Origin: Bacteroidota bacterium
GTDB taxonomy: Bacteria > Bacteroidota > Bacteroidia > UBA4408
NCBI GenBank assembly: GCA_963169745.1
Contig: CAUJCU010000010.1
Location: forward strand, 131,487 to 195,486
Direction of reading: 5' to 3'
DNA: 64,000 bases
Part shown: in pieces, positions 9,517 through 17,700 of the stretch
Numbering within the stretch: position 1 is the first letter of the stretch
How the letters are laid out: the number at the start of each line of letters is the position of its first letter
The notes under the pieces: generated by a model
Databases searched by the model: none
What the model was told of the DNA's origin: nothing
What the model saw: only the letters and a program-made list of their open reading frames with translations
Position numbers and translations under genes: made by a program

Positions 9517-10806
9517 CTAATTGTTAAGCAAGTAATCAATTGAGTTTTGGGTAATTTTTTGAATATCTGGCCGGTAAAAGTAATCTTTCCAACACCATTT
9601 TTCTGTCCCAATTACTAATAATTTTCCATGCGATTCCTTTTTTTTCAATAAGGCCATACCCGTAACAGTCTGTTTGTTCTGGTATAAACTGTAGTCGTAG
9701 GCTAAAAGTACTTTGCTTTCAAAGTTACTAAGGTCATCTGTTAGAACTGGTACAGTATCACGTTCTGATGCTTTTACACTAAACGAGTTGGAATTTTGAG
9801 TATCAATACCTATAACTGATTGATGAACACCATTGAAAATAGGATGTTTTTTTTCAATAATTTTAAAACCATCATTGCTCGACTTTATGGATTTAAGTGG
9901 CACTGTAAGTTCATAACTACAACCTAAACTACTTAAATTGGGTTTAATATCTTGCCATAGTCCTGTATGCGTGTCAAAGCTTTTGTCAGCGTTGTATTTT
10001 GCACAACATGTAAACAATATCTTATTTTGTTTCGGATTAAAAGTATATTTATTGTTCATCAAATAGCTGCTAATGGTAAGCACATTGCCGCCACTTTGTA
10101 AATACCGATCAAAGTTATTGCGTTGTTTTGAAGTCCAGAAAGCCGAATAGCCATAAATGATTAATAATTTTGAATTTTTGATGTTTTCATACTCTTCCAT
10201 GTCTAAATCAGTAATAACATTATGGGGTATGTTTTGGTAAACACTATCTATCCATTTAATCAACATTTCAGGATGATCTCTAAAAGGAACATTTCTATTT
10301 AAACTAAGGCTGTTTGCAGCTTGTTTATGGCTTGAGTTATCGGGGTCAAAACTCTTTCCTCCTGTATTATTTAAAGCCATAAAATTTCCATAAGGAAATA
10401 CTATTGTTATAGCATTTTTTAAATTAGGCTCTTTAACAATAAAGGGAATATTTGTTCCAATAAAATACAATCCACTCTTTAGGTTCTTCGTATTATATCT
10501 TAATTTATTTTTGTATTGAAAGCCTTTTTCATATAACAAGCTATCGCTTTGCACAGGCTGAACAAAAACTGGGGCAATTATGGAATCAACAATAAAGTGA
10601 TTAACATCGTAAAATCGAATAAGCCCTTTTTTATGGGCTACCAATGGATTTACATAAAAATCGACAGTTTCTCCTCGAGCTGCCGAGAAATTTATCACAT
10701 AACCTTGAGGTATTTCAATGGTACTTGTGTAATTTTGATGTCTAAATACATATATTGCCGAAAATATAAAAATAAAAAAGTATAGTATTCTGCTAAAAGC
10801 TTTCAT
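9517..10806 (-). CDS. Secreted hypothetical protein (no recognisable family) inside the polysaccharide locus
   Basis: Clear signal peptide (MKAFSRILYFFIFIFSAIYVF). 429 aa, Trp/Tyr-rich. I could recognise no known motif by eye. Confidence 0.55.
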   Translation of the reverse strand: MKAFSRILYFFIFIFSAIYVFRHQNYTSTIEIPQGYVINFSAARGETVDFYVNPLVAHKKGLIRFYDVNHFIVDSIIAPVFVQPVQSDSLLYEKGFQYKNKLRYNTKNLKSGLYFIGTNIPFIVKEPNLKNAITIVFPYGNFMALNNTGGKSFDPDNSSHKQAANSLSLNRNVPFRDHPEMLIKWIDSVYQNIPHNVITDLDMEEYENIKNSKLLIIYGYSAFWTSKQRNNFDRYLQSGGNVLTISSYLMNNKYTFNPKQNKILFTCCAKYNADKSFDTHTGLWQDIKPNLSSLGCSYELTVPLKSIKSSNDGFKIIEKKHPIFNGVHQSVIGIDTQNSNSFSVKASERDTVPVLTDDLSNFESKVLLAYDYSLYQNKQTVTGMALLKKKESHGKLLVIGTEKWCWKDYFYRPDIQKITQNSIDYLLNN

Positions 10807-10809
10807 ATT

Positions 10810-12018
10810 GTGTTGTTACAAAAGAAGATAAAAATAAGTAGTCTCAAAAATAATTTTCTAAATCTTATTGCTTTTACAATTCCTTTAAGCAAAAACTTAC
10901 TGCCTATACTTATTATTACCACACTTATTTTGGCCATTTTTGAAGGAGATTTGGCACGCAAAGCAAAGCATTATAAAAATCTTTTATTTTTACTCTTGCC
11001 CTTGCTTTACTTACTTTATATAGCTGGGATGATTCATACTCAACATATAGATACAGGATTTTTTGATTTACAACAAAAGCTTGTTTTTGTGGTTTTTCCT
11101 TTAATTTGGTTTGCACATAATTTTGATAAGGAAGAGTTTTTGAGCAACTTACTAATGTCGTTTATATGGGGCTGTGTTGCTGCATGTATAATTTGCTTGT
11201 TTAATGCTGCATATAGCTATTATCTATCCGAGAATAATGATGTTTTTTTCTATACGAAGTTCTCGGTAATTTTTCACCCATCCTATTTTGCATTGTATCT
11301 ATGCTTTGCATTGATTTTATTGCTATTTCGCAATAATCTAATAACTTCTCAGTGGTTTCTATACGCACTTCAATTATTTTTTATTTTTATGATTATTTTG
11401 ACCCAAAGTAAAAGCGGAATACTTTCATTAATTATTATACTTGCATACAAGTTAGGATATACGCTTTTTTATCTTAAAAATTTAAAAAAAAGTTTATCTT
11501 TTTTCTTCTTTACACTCTTTTTTGTAGGTGTATTTTTTGTTTTCTTTCCTCAATCACTTAATCGTATATTTCAACTGGAACAAACAATGTACAATAAAAA
11601 TAAAGAAATCAATTCAACAAAAAGTAGATTAATAGTTTGGCAAGATGCGCTCCATGTTTTTAAACAACACTTTTTTGTTGGGGTTGGAACAGGAGATGTT
11701 AAAGACGCATTAATACAAGAATATCTGAAAAAAGGAGAGCATGAGGTGGCTCAGAAACACCTTAATGCACACAATCAATTTTTACAAACTGCTGTGGCTA
11801 TTGGTATTACGGGCTTAATGTGGCTCTTCCTGATATTTTATATTTTAATTTCTAAAAGTATTAAAAATCATCAAGCATTTATTTTCTTATTTGCTGTTAT
11901 ATGTGTTATAAATTTGCTTTTTGAGTCTATGTTTGAAACACAAGCCGGAATTGTGTTTGTAACTTTCTTTAGCAGCTTATTTTTAGCCTTGTTTCAAAAA
12001 AGAAGTTTTTATTTTTAA
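10810..12018 (+). CDS. O-antigen ligase-family (Wzy_C) membrane protein; 5' end uncertain
   Basis: Multi-TM protein with the Wzy_C signature region (HVFKQHFFVGVGTGDV ... NAHNQFLQTAVAIGITGLM). The track start is a GTG only 3 nt from the divergent gene start, so the true start is probably downstream. Confidence 0.6.
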   Translation: MLLQKKIKISSLKNNFLNLIAFTIPLSKNLLPILIITTLILAIFEGDLARKAKHYKNLLFLLLPLLYLLYIAGMIHTQHIDTGFFDLQQKLVFVVFPLIWFAHNFDKEEFLSNLLMSFIWGCVAACIICLFNAAYSYYLSENNDVFFYTKFSVIFHPSYFALYLCFALILLLFRNNLITSQWFLYALQLFFIFMIILTQSKSGILSLIIILAYKLGYTLFYLKNLKKSLSFFFFTLFFVGVFFVFFPQSLNRIFQLEQTMYNKNKEINSTKSRLIVWQDALHVFKQHFFVGVGTGDVKDALIQEYLKKGEHEVAQKHLNAHNQFLQTAVAIGITGLMWLFLIFYILISKSIKNHQAFIFLFAVICVINLLFESMFETQAGIVFVTFFSSLFLALFQKRSFYF

Positions 12019-12030
12019 TATTTTAGGCGC

Positions 12031-13041
12031 ATGAAACAAGTCTCCATTATTATACCTTGCCGAAATGAAAAAAATTATATAGAGAAGTGCTTGCAGTCGA
12101 TTGTTTCCTGTAATTATGATAAAAGCGCCTTATCGGTTTATGTTTGTGACGGAAAGAGCGATGACGGAACAATTGAAATTATTAAATCATTTTCCACGCA
12201 ACATCCTTTTATTTATTATATTGAAAATAAACAAAAAACAACTCCTTTTGCACTAAATTTAGGCCTCAAAGCTAGTGACTCTGATATTAAAATTATTTTA
12301 GGTGCTCATGCAGAAATTCATCCAGAATATATTCAGGAATGTTTAAAAGTTTTTGATCAAGATCCGCAAATAGCTTGTGTAGGAGGAATTATTGAAAATG
12401 TTTACGAAAATAAAACAGCCGAAATTATTGGAAAAGCAATGTCATCAAGTTTTGGTGTAGGCAATGCACATTTTAGAACAGGCCTAAAAGATGGTTACGT
12501 TGATACCGTAGCTTTTGGTGCTTACACGAAGGATATTTTTAATAAAATAGGCTATTTTGATGAAGAACTAATTAGAAATCAGGACGATGAGTTTAATTTT
12601 CGTATTCTTAAAAATGGGTACAAAATTTATTTATCCCGCTTCATAAAATCTAAATATTATGTAAGGGCTTCATACGCCAAACTGTTCAAACAATATTACC
12701 AATATGGTTATTGGAAAGTATATGTAAATAAAAAACATAACACTATTACAACCACGCGCCAGCTTGTTCCTGCTTTTTTTGTATCTTTTCTTATTGTAGG
12801 CTTGTGTCTTTCTCTATTCAGTAAAATGTTTTTTATATTATATTTCCTTTTGTTAATGAGTTATGTTGTTTTAGGGTTAACAAGTGCATCAAAACAAGAT
12901 GCTAAACTTAGCGCCATATTCCCAATATTCAAAACCTTTTTTATACTTCATTTGTCATACGGATTGGGCTATTTAAGAGCCATTATTGACTTTTTTATAA
13001 TCCACAAAGAGATTAAAAAAGAGGAGAAATTGAGCCGATAA
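12031..13041 (+). CDS. Glycosyltransferase family 2 with C-terminal TM anchor
   Basis: SIIIPCRNE N-terminus (GT2 Rossmann start), a DxD region (VCDGKSDDGT) and QDDEFN. Hydrophobic C-terminal segments. Confidence 0.75.
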   Translation: MKQVSIIIPCRNEKNYIEKCLQSIVSCNYDKSALSVYVCDGKSDDGTIEIIKSFSTQHPFIYYIENKQKTTPFALNLGLKASDSDIKIILGAHAEIHPEYIQECLKVFDQDPQIACVGGIIENVYENKTAEIIGKAMSSSFGVGNAHFRTGLKDGYVDTVAFGAYTKDIFNKIGYFDEELIRNQDDEFNFRILKNGYKIYLSRFIKSKYYVRASYAKLFKQYYQYGYWKVYVNKKHNTITTTRQLVPAFFVSFLIVGLCLSLFSKMFFILYFLLLMSYVVLGLTSASKQDAKLSAIFPIFKTFFILHLSYGLGYLRAIIDFFIIHKEIKKEEKLSR

Positions 13042-13193
13042 CTTGAAAAGTTAATGGGGAAAGGAAATCTAGATAATTTCTTATTTTTTATTAATTAATT
13101 AGCTATCTGCATTTTAAAATGTTTGTATCAAAATGCAAGTGTTAAAATTAAACAAAATCAGTTTTTTTAATTTATATTTGGAAAAAAAATGGA

Positions 13194-14834
13194 ATGAAAA
13201 AGCTTTACTTATTAAAAATTTCGTTAATACTTTTCGTATTATCTCATCTTAAGGTACAAGGGCAATGCGCTTACCCAATTCCCACTATTAATGTTGTAAA
13301 TGGGGTTATCTGTAATGGCTCACCGGCTATTTTATCTGTTCCTGATGATTATGATGCCTATCAATGGTATTGGGGTAGTGTTCCTATCCCTGTAGCAGCA
13401 GATACCTATGGATACTGGGCTGTAGTGCAAGGTTACTATCATTTAGAGTTAGTTCTTAATGGATGTACCAGTCAAACAGCTCCCGTATATATATCTGCGC
13501 CTTTAGTTCAGCCAATTAATTTTCCCGATACCCTTTATTCTTGTACCGACTCTTTAGTGATACAGATGGACACCCTTTTGTACGATAATTTTATGTGGCA
13601 CACGGGTGAAACAACTAGTGCTCTTACCGTTCATCAGAGCGGTTGGGTTGGAGTAGGTGCTGGAATTGACGCATTGAGTTGTGGTGTGGCCGATACTTTT
13701 TGGGTGGAATTAAATCGTCCATCTCCGACAGTATCAATTAACGTTACCGGAAATAATCCATTTTGTCAGGATTCTTCTATTACATTAGAAGCCACACCTG
13801 TAGCTAACCAATACAGTTGGAATACCGGAGATCAAACGCAATCTATTACAGTAAATGCTGGTGGAAACTATATCGTTACGGTAACTAATTTTTATGGCTG
13901 CACGGCAAGTGATACAGTTTTAGCTATTGTTGTTCCATGCCCCCCTTCAACGCAATTATCATCTCTTTACTGCCCAAATTATGGCTTGGTAAAAACTAGT
14001 GCAATTTTTTGTGATCCGGTACAAGGGGCAACACAATATGAGTGGGTATTTACTCAAGGAGGTAACCCTTTTGCAACTAAAATAACAACCAACCCTTTTA
14101 CCGTTCTTCATGGTGTTTCTCCAGCTCCGCAATTTGGTAATGTCTATCAGGTTCAAATTCGCCCTTATGTAGGTGGACAGTGGGGTGCTTTTGGTGCAAT
14201 TTGCGAAATAGGTTTAGTTCCGCAACCTACACCAGCCACAGTTCCACTTACACAACTACGTTCTGAAGATTGCGGGAAACTAAACTATCGCTTTAATGCC
14301 AATAACCGAATAGTTGCAATTCCAGTTTTTCAGGCTATTGCCTATGAGTTTGAATTTAAAGACGCCATAACAAACATTGTTGTGGCAACATATAGTTCGC
14401 CTTTCCCGGTTTGTTTCTTTAATATGGTAACCCCGACTTTAACTTTTCCGGCTCAGTTTTACGTAAGTGTTCGAGTTAATTATGGAGGAGTTTGGGGCTA
14501 TTACGGAAACTCTTGCTTGATTGGAATTATTGGGATTAATAAAGAAGCAGCCGAAAATCAACCTAACGAGCTAATTGGGGGTAAAAATATCCTTTTTGAA
14601 GCATCACTATACCCTAATCCTTTTGACCAAAACGTTACCGTATCGGTACTCTCATCCGACAAAGATATGATTTTAGTTAAAGTATTTGATGTTACGGGAA
14701 AGCAAGTAGATGAATTTCAAATGCAACCAACTGAAAGCAAAGTAGTAGGGGGTAATTACGAAAGTGGTTTATATATTGTTAAACTTAGTGCTACTTCTGG
14801 TATTAACAAAACCTTGAAACTTATCAAGAATTAG
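13194..14834 (+). CDS. T9SS C-terminal-sorting-domain cargo protein with Cys-rich multi-module passenger
   Basis: Signal peptide MKKLYLLKISLILFVLSHLKVQGQ. C-terminal LYPNPFDQNVTVSV...VKVFDVTGKQV...GLYIVKL matches the T9SS type-A sorting domain. Paralogous to the next gene. Confidence 0.75.
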   Translation: MKKLYLLKISLILFVLSHLKVQGQCAYPIPTINVVNGVICNGSPAILSVPDDYDAYQWYWGSVPIPVAADTYGYWAVVQGYYHLELVLNGCTSQTAPVYISAPLVQPINFPDTLYSCTDSLVIQMDTLLYDNFMWHTGETTSALTVHQSGWVGVGAGIDALSCGVADTFWVELNRPSPTVSINVTGNNPFCQDSSITLEATPVANQYSWNTGDQTQSITVNAGGNYIVTVTNFYGCTASDTVLAIVVPCPPSTQLSSLYCPNYGLVKTSAIFCDPVQGATQYEWVFTQGGNPFATKITTNPFTVLHGVSPAPQFGNVYQVQIRPYVGGQWGAFGAICEIGLVPQPTPATVPLTQLRSEDCGKLNYRFNANNRIVAIPVFQAIAYEFEFKDAITNIVVATYSSPFPVCFFNMVTPTLTFPAQFYVSVRVNYGGVWGYYGNSCLIGIIGINKEAAENQPNELIGGKNILFEASLYPNPFDQNVTVSVLSSDKDMILVKVFDVTGKQVDEFQMQPTESKVVGGNYESGLYIVKLSATSGINKTLKLIKN

Positions 14835-14951
14835 CATTTATTTTATAAAATTTTATAATTTGAATTTATTTATTTTTATATTTGACAGATTTCTTATTAA
14901 AACTATAATTACGAACTAAATTTATTCTTTATTAACCAACTAACTAAATCA

Positions 14952-17456
14952 ATGCCTATGAAAAAACTATTTCTTTTTTTATTAATCTCAACCCTGTATT
15001 TAACAGGAAATCAGATTACGGCCAGGGCAGGAAACTGTGCCATAATTGATACTTGGGAGGTAACCAGTCCTACCGATCCTCTTTACCCATACGGATATGT
15101 TACAGGTACTTATTCAGGTACAAATATATTAGATGGCGATTTGTTTTATGAGAACCAAATTCTATATGCTTATTCATCTAATGATGGGTCTATTTTTATT
15201 TATGATTTAGCTCCAGGAAATTACGAGTTTGTGTACTGTGGAGGTTCAATAACCTTTACCGTAGATCCAATTGCATGCGATGTTAGTATTGCAAATATTG
15301 CAGCAACAGATGTTTCGGGGGCAGGATGTACTCCTAACGGCTCTATAGACTTAAGTGTTACTAGCTCAAATGTGGGTTATCCTTATTACTATAATCTTAC
15401 CGAATTAAACACTGGTGTTGAATATACTGGACAGGATGATGGCTATGGTTTAATTTCTATTACCGGACTTCCTGCTGGAACTTATACTTTATTCGTATCT
15501 CAAGATATGGATGTTTTAAATTCTAGTTGTTTCGCAAGCGATTTAGTAATAATTAATGAGCCTGCTTGTGATATGGAAATTACAGCCTCTCAAATAACAG
15601 ATGCCACATCACAAAATGCTACTGATGGTGTAATTGAATTATCAATTTCCGGCAGCTCTTGTTACATTGGCCCTCCAGGTCCTCCTATTTATAATGTTAC
15701 GGCTACAATCGGAGGTTCACCCGCTGGTGCTTTAATGTACAATCCAAACACTCAGTATTGGGAAATTACTGGCTTAGCTCCAGGAACTTATACCATTACC
15801 GCTGATAATGGCGGGCAAACTTGCTTTATAACCGGTGAATATACTGTTTCTTTTGATGGCGCATGTAATTTGCCGTCTCCTGTAATTGTTGCATCAAACA
15901 CAACTATTTGTAATGGCTCTCCGGCTATTTTAGAAATGCCTTATGGAATGGATTCTTATCAATGGCTATTTAATGGCTCCTATTACATACCTGGAGCCTT
16001 AACTGGAAACGACCATGAATATTGGGCTTATTTAGAAGGAAACTATTCTTGTATTGTAACCTTAAACGGATGTACTGCTGTTTCTAATTCAGTTTTTGTA
16101 TCCGCTCCGTTATCGCCTCCTATTAATTTCCCTGATACTGTTTATTCTTGTGATAATTCTGTAACTCTAATAGTTCCAGGTGATTTTAACTATCAATTTT
16201 GGAGTAGTGCAGATGCTGGATTAATGGATACTACAGAAACCTTTACAATAAACACTGATGGTTGGTATGGCTTAGCTGCCGGAGTTAGTAGTTTAACTTG
16301 TGGAGTTGTTGATACTTTTTACGTATCATTAGGTAATTCAGTGCCTCCGGTTAGCATTAACTTAATAGGAAGTAACCCTTTCTGTACCGGAACAACGGTT
16401 ACTTTAGAGTCATCAGCACCCGATGGTAATGTATGGAGCACAGGCGAAACTACACCTTCAATTACTGTAGGGGCCGCTGGTGTTTACACAGTTGAAATAA
16501 GTAATAATATGGGATGTACTGCTTCTGATACCCTGATCTTAGACGAGATTAATTGTGTTCCAAATACAAAGTTAACGGGATCAGCTTGTGGAAACATGCT
16601 TTTTGTAAAAACTTCTGCAGTACCATGTATTGCAGTTCCAGGGGCTACTAAATACGAATTTGAATTTAGTCACAACAATATTGTTTATGCAACTAAATTT
16701 AACACTGCCCCTTATGTATTGCTTCACTCTGTTAGCCCGGCTATTAACTGGGGAACTACTTGGGATATACGTGTTAGAGTATACATAGGACAACAAATGG
16801 GTACTTATGGTGATGTTTGTACCATTGGAGTTATTCCAGAGCCAACTCAAAATGGATTACCAAAAACACGAATTCGTAATGAAGATTGTGGTCAAGGTTG
16901 GTACACTATTGCCGGAGGACATAATAGAATTGTAGCATTAGCAATGAGTGGTGCAATTACCTATGAGTTTGAGTTTACTGACATTCAAACAAATACTGTC
17001 GTTGCAGTAGCTTCAAGACCTAATCCAGTACTTTTCTTCAATACTATGAATCCTACACTCCCAGTACCTGCACAATATAGTGTAAGAGTAAGATATAAAA
17101 TGGCAGGTGGTGGTCCATGGGCTGATTGGGGACCTTCATGTAATATAGGAATTGGAAGTTACAATCGCTTAGCTGATAACAACACAGAAGAAAATGTTTC
17201 AATGGACACTTATTTTGAAATTACAGCTATGCCAAATCCATATTCTGATATAACAACTCTAATGATAAATTCATCTGAGAATGAAAGTGTTTATGTTCAG
17301 GTTTATGATTTAACCGGAAACTTAGTTCAGGATGTAAAAGTAAATACAAATGAAGCTATTATTTTTGGAACAGAGCTTAGTCAGGGAGTTTACTTCTTGA
17401 AAGCCCGTACCGATAGTGGCTATCAAACAACAACACGTTTAGTGAAAACACACTAA
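14952..17456 (+). CDS. T9SS C-terminal-sorting-domain cargo protein with N-terminal SprB-type repeats, paralog of the upstream gene
   Basis: Signal peptide. Three SprB-like repeats (C..DG.I.L...GG.PY.Y, e.g. GAGCTPNGSIDLSVTSSNVGYPYYYNL). The remaining 480 aa are collinear with the 13194-14834 product. T9SS CTD (AMPNPYSDITTLMI...VQVYDLTGNLV...GVYFLKA). Confidence 0.75.
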   Translation: MPMKKLFLFLLISTLYLTGNQITARAGNCAIIDTWEVTSPTDPLYPYGYVTGTYSGTNILDGDLFYENQILYAYSSNDGSIFIYDLAPGNYEFVYCGGSITFTVDPIACDVSIANIAATDVSGAGCTPNGSIDLSVTSSNVGYPYYYNLTELNTGVEYTGQDDGYGLISITGLPAGTYTLFVSQDMDVLNSSCFASDLVIINEPACDMEITASQITDATSQNATDGVIELSISGSSCYIGPPGPPIYNVTATIGGSPAGALMYNPNTQYWEITGLAPGTYTITADNGGQTCFITGEYTVSFDGACNLPSPVIVASNTTICNGSPAILEMPYGMDSYQWLFNGSYYIPGALTGNDHEYWAYLEGNYSCIVTLNGCTAVSNSVFVSAPLSPPINFPDTVYSCDNSVTLIVPGDFNYQFWSSADAGLMDTTETFTINTDGWYGLAAGVSSLTCGVVDTFYVSLGNSVPPVSINLIGSNPFCTGTTVTLESSAPDGNVWSTGETTPSITVGAAGVYTVEISNNMGCTASDTLILDEINCVPNTKLTGSACGNMLFVKTSAVPCIAVPGATKYEFEFSHNNIVYATKFNTAPYVLLHSVSPAINWGTTWDIRVRVYIGQQMGTYGDVCTIGVIPEPTQNGLPKTRIRNEDCGQGWYTIAGGHNRIVALAMSGAITYEFEFTDIQTNTVVAVASRPNPVLFFNTMNPTLPVPAQYSVRVRYKMAGGGPWADWGPSCNIGIGSYNRLADNNTEENVSMDTYFEITAMPNPYSDITTLMINSSENESVYVQVYDLTGNLVQDVKVNTNEAIIFGTELSQGVYFLKARTDSGYQTTTRLVKTH

Positions 17457-17475
17457 ATTATTAAACTCATTTTAA

Positions 17476-17507
17476 TAAAAAAAGCCCGAAATTTTCGGGC
17501 TTTTTTT
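17476..17507 (+). terminator. Rho-independent terminator
   Basis: aaaaaaaGCCCGAAAttttCGGGCttttttt. 6-bp GC-rich stem, A-tract upstream and T-tract downstream. It follows the second T9SS gene. Confidence 0.7.
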
Positions 17508-17700
17508 ATTAAAAAAAATGAAGTGTTGGCTTGCACTTTATCTGATAAAACATACATAACATTGTATTTCAGGATTATGTTTAGAGCAGTTGCATTTTTT
17601 GTAATTTTATTTTTTGTTTAAAGAAATATAATAAATACTTTTAACACATAAGGGGGTGTATATACTATTTCACTTCTGAAAACTATTAGAAAAAATACCT

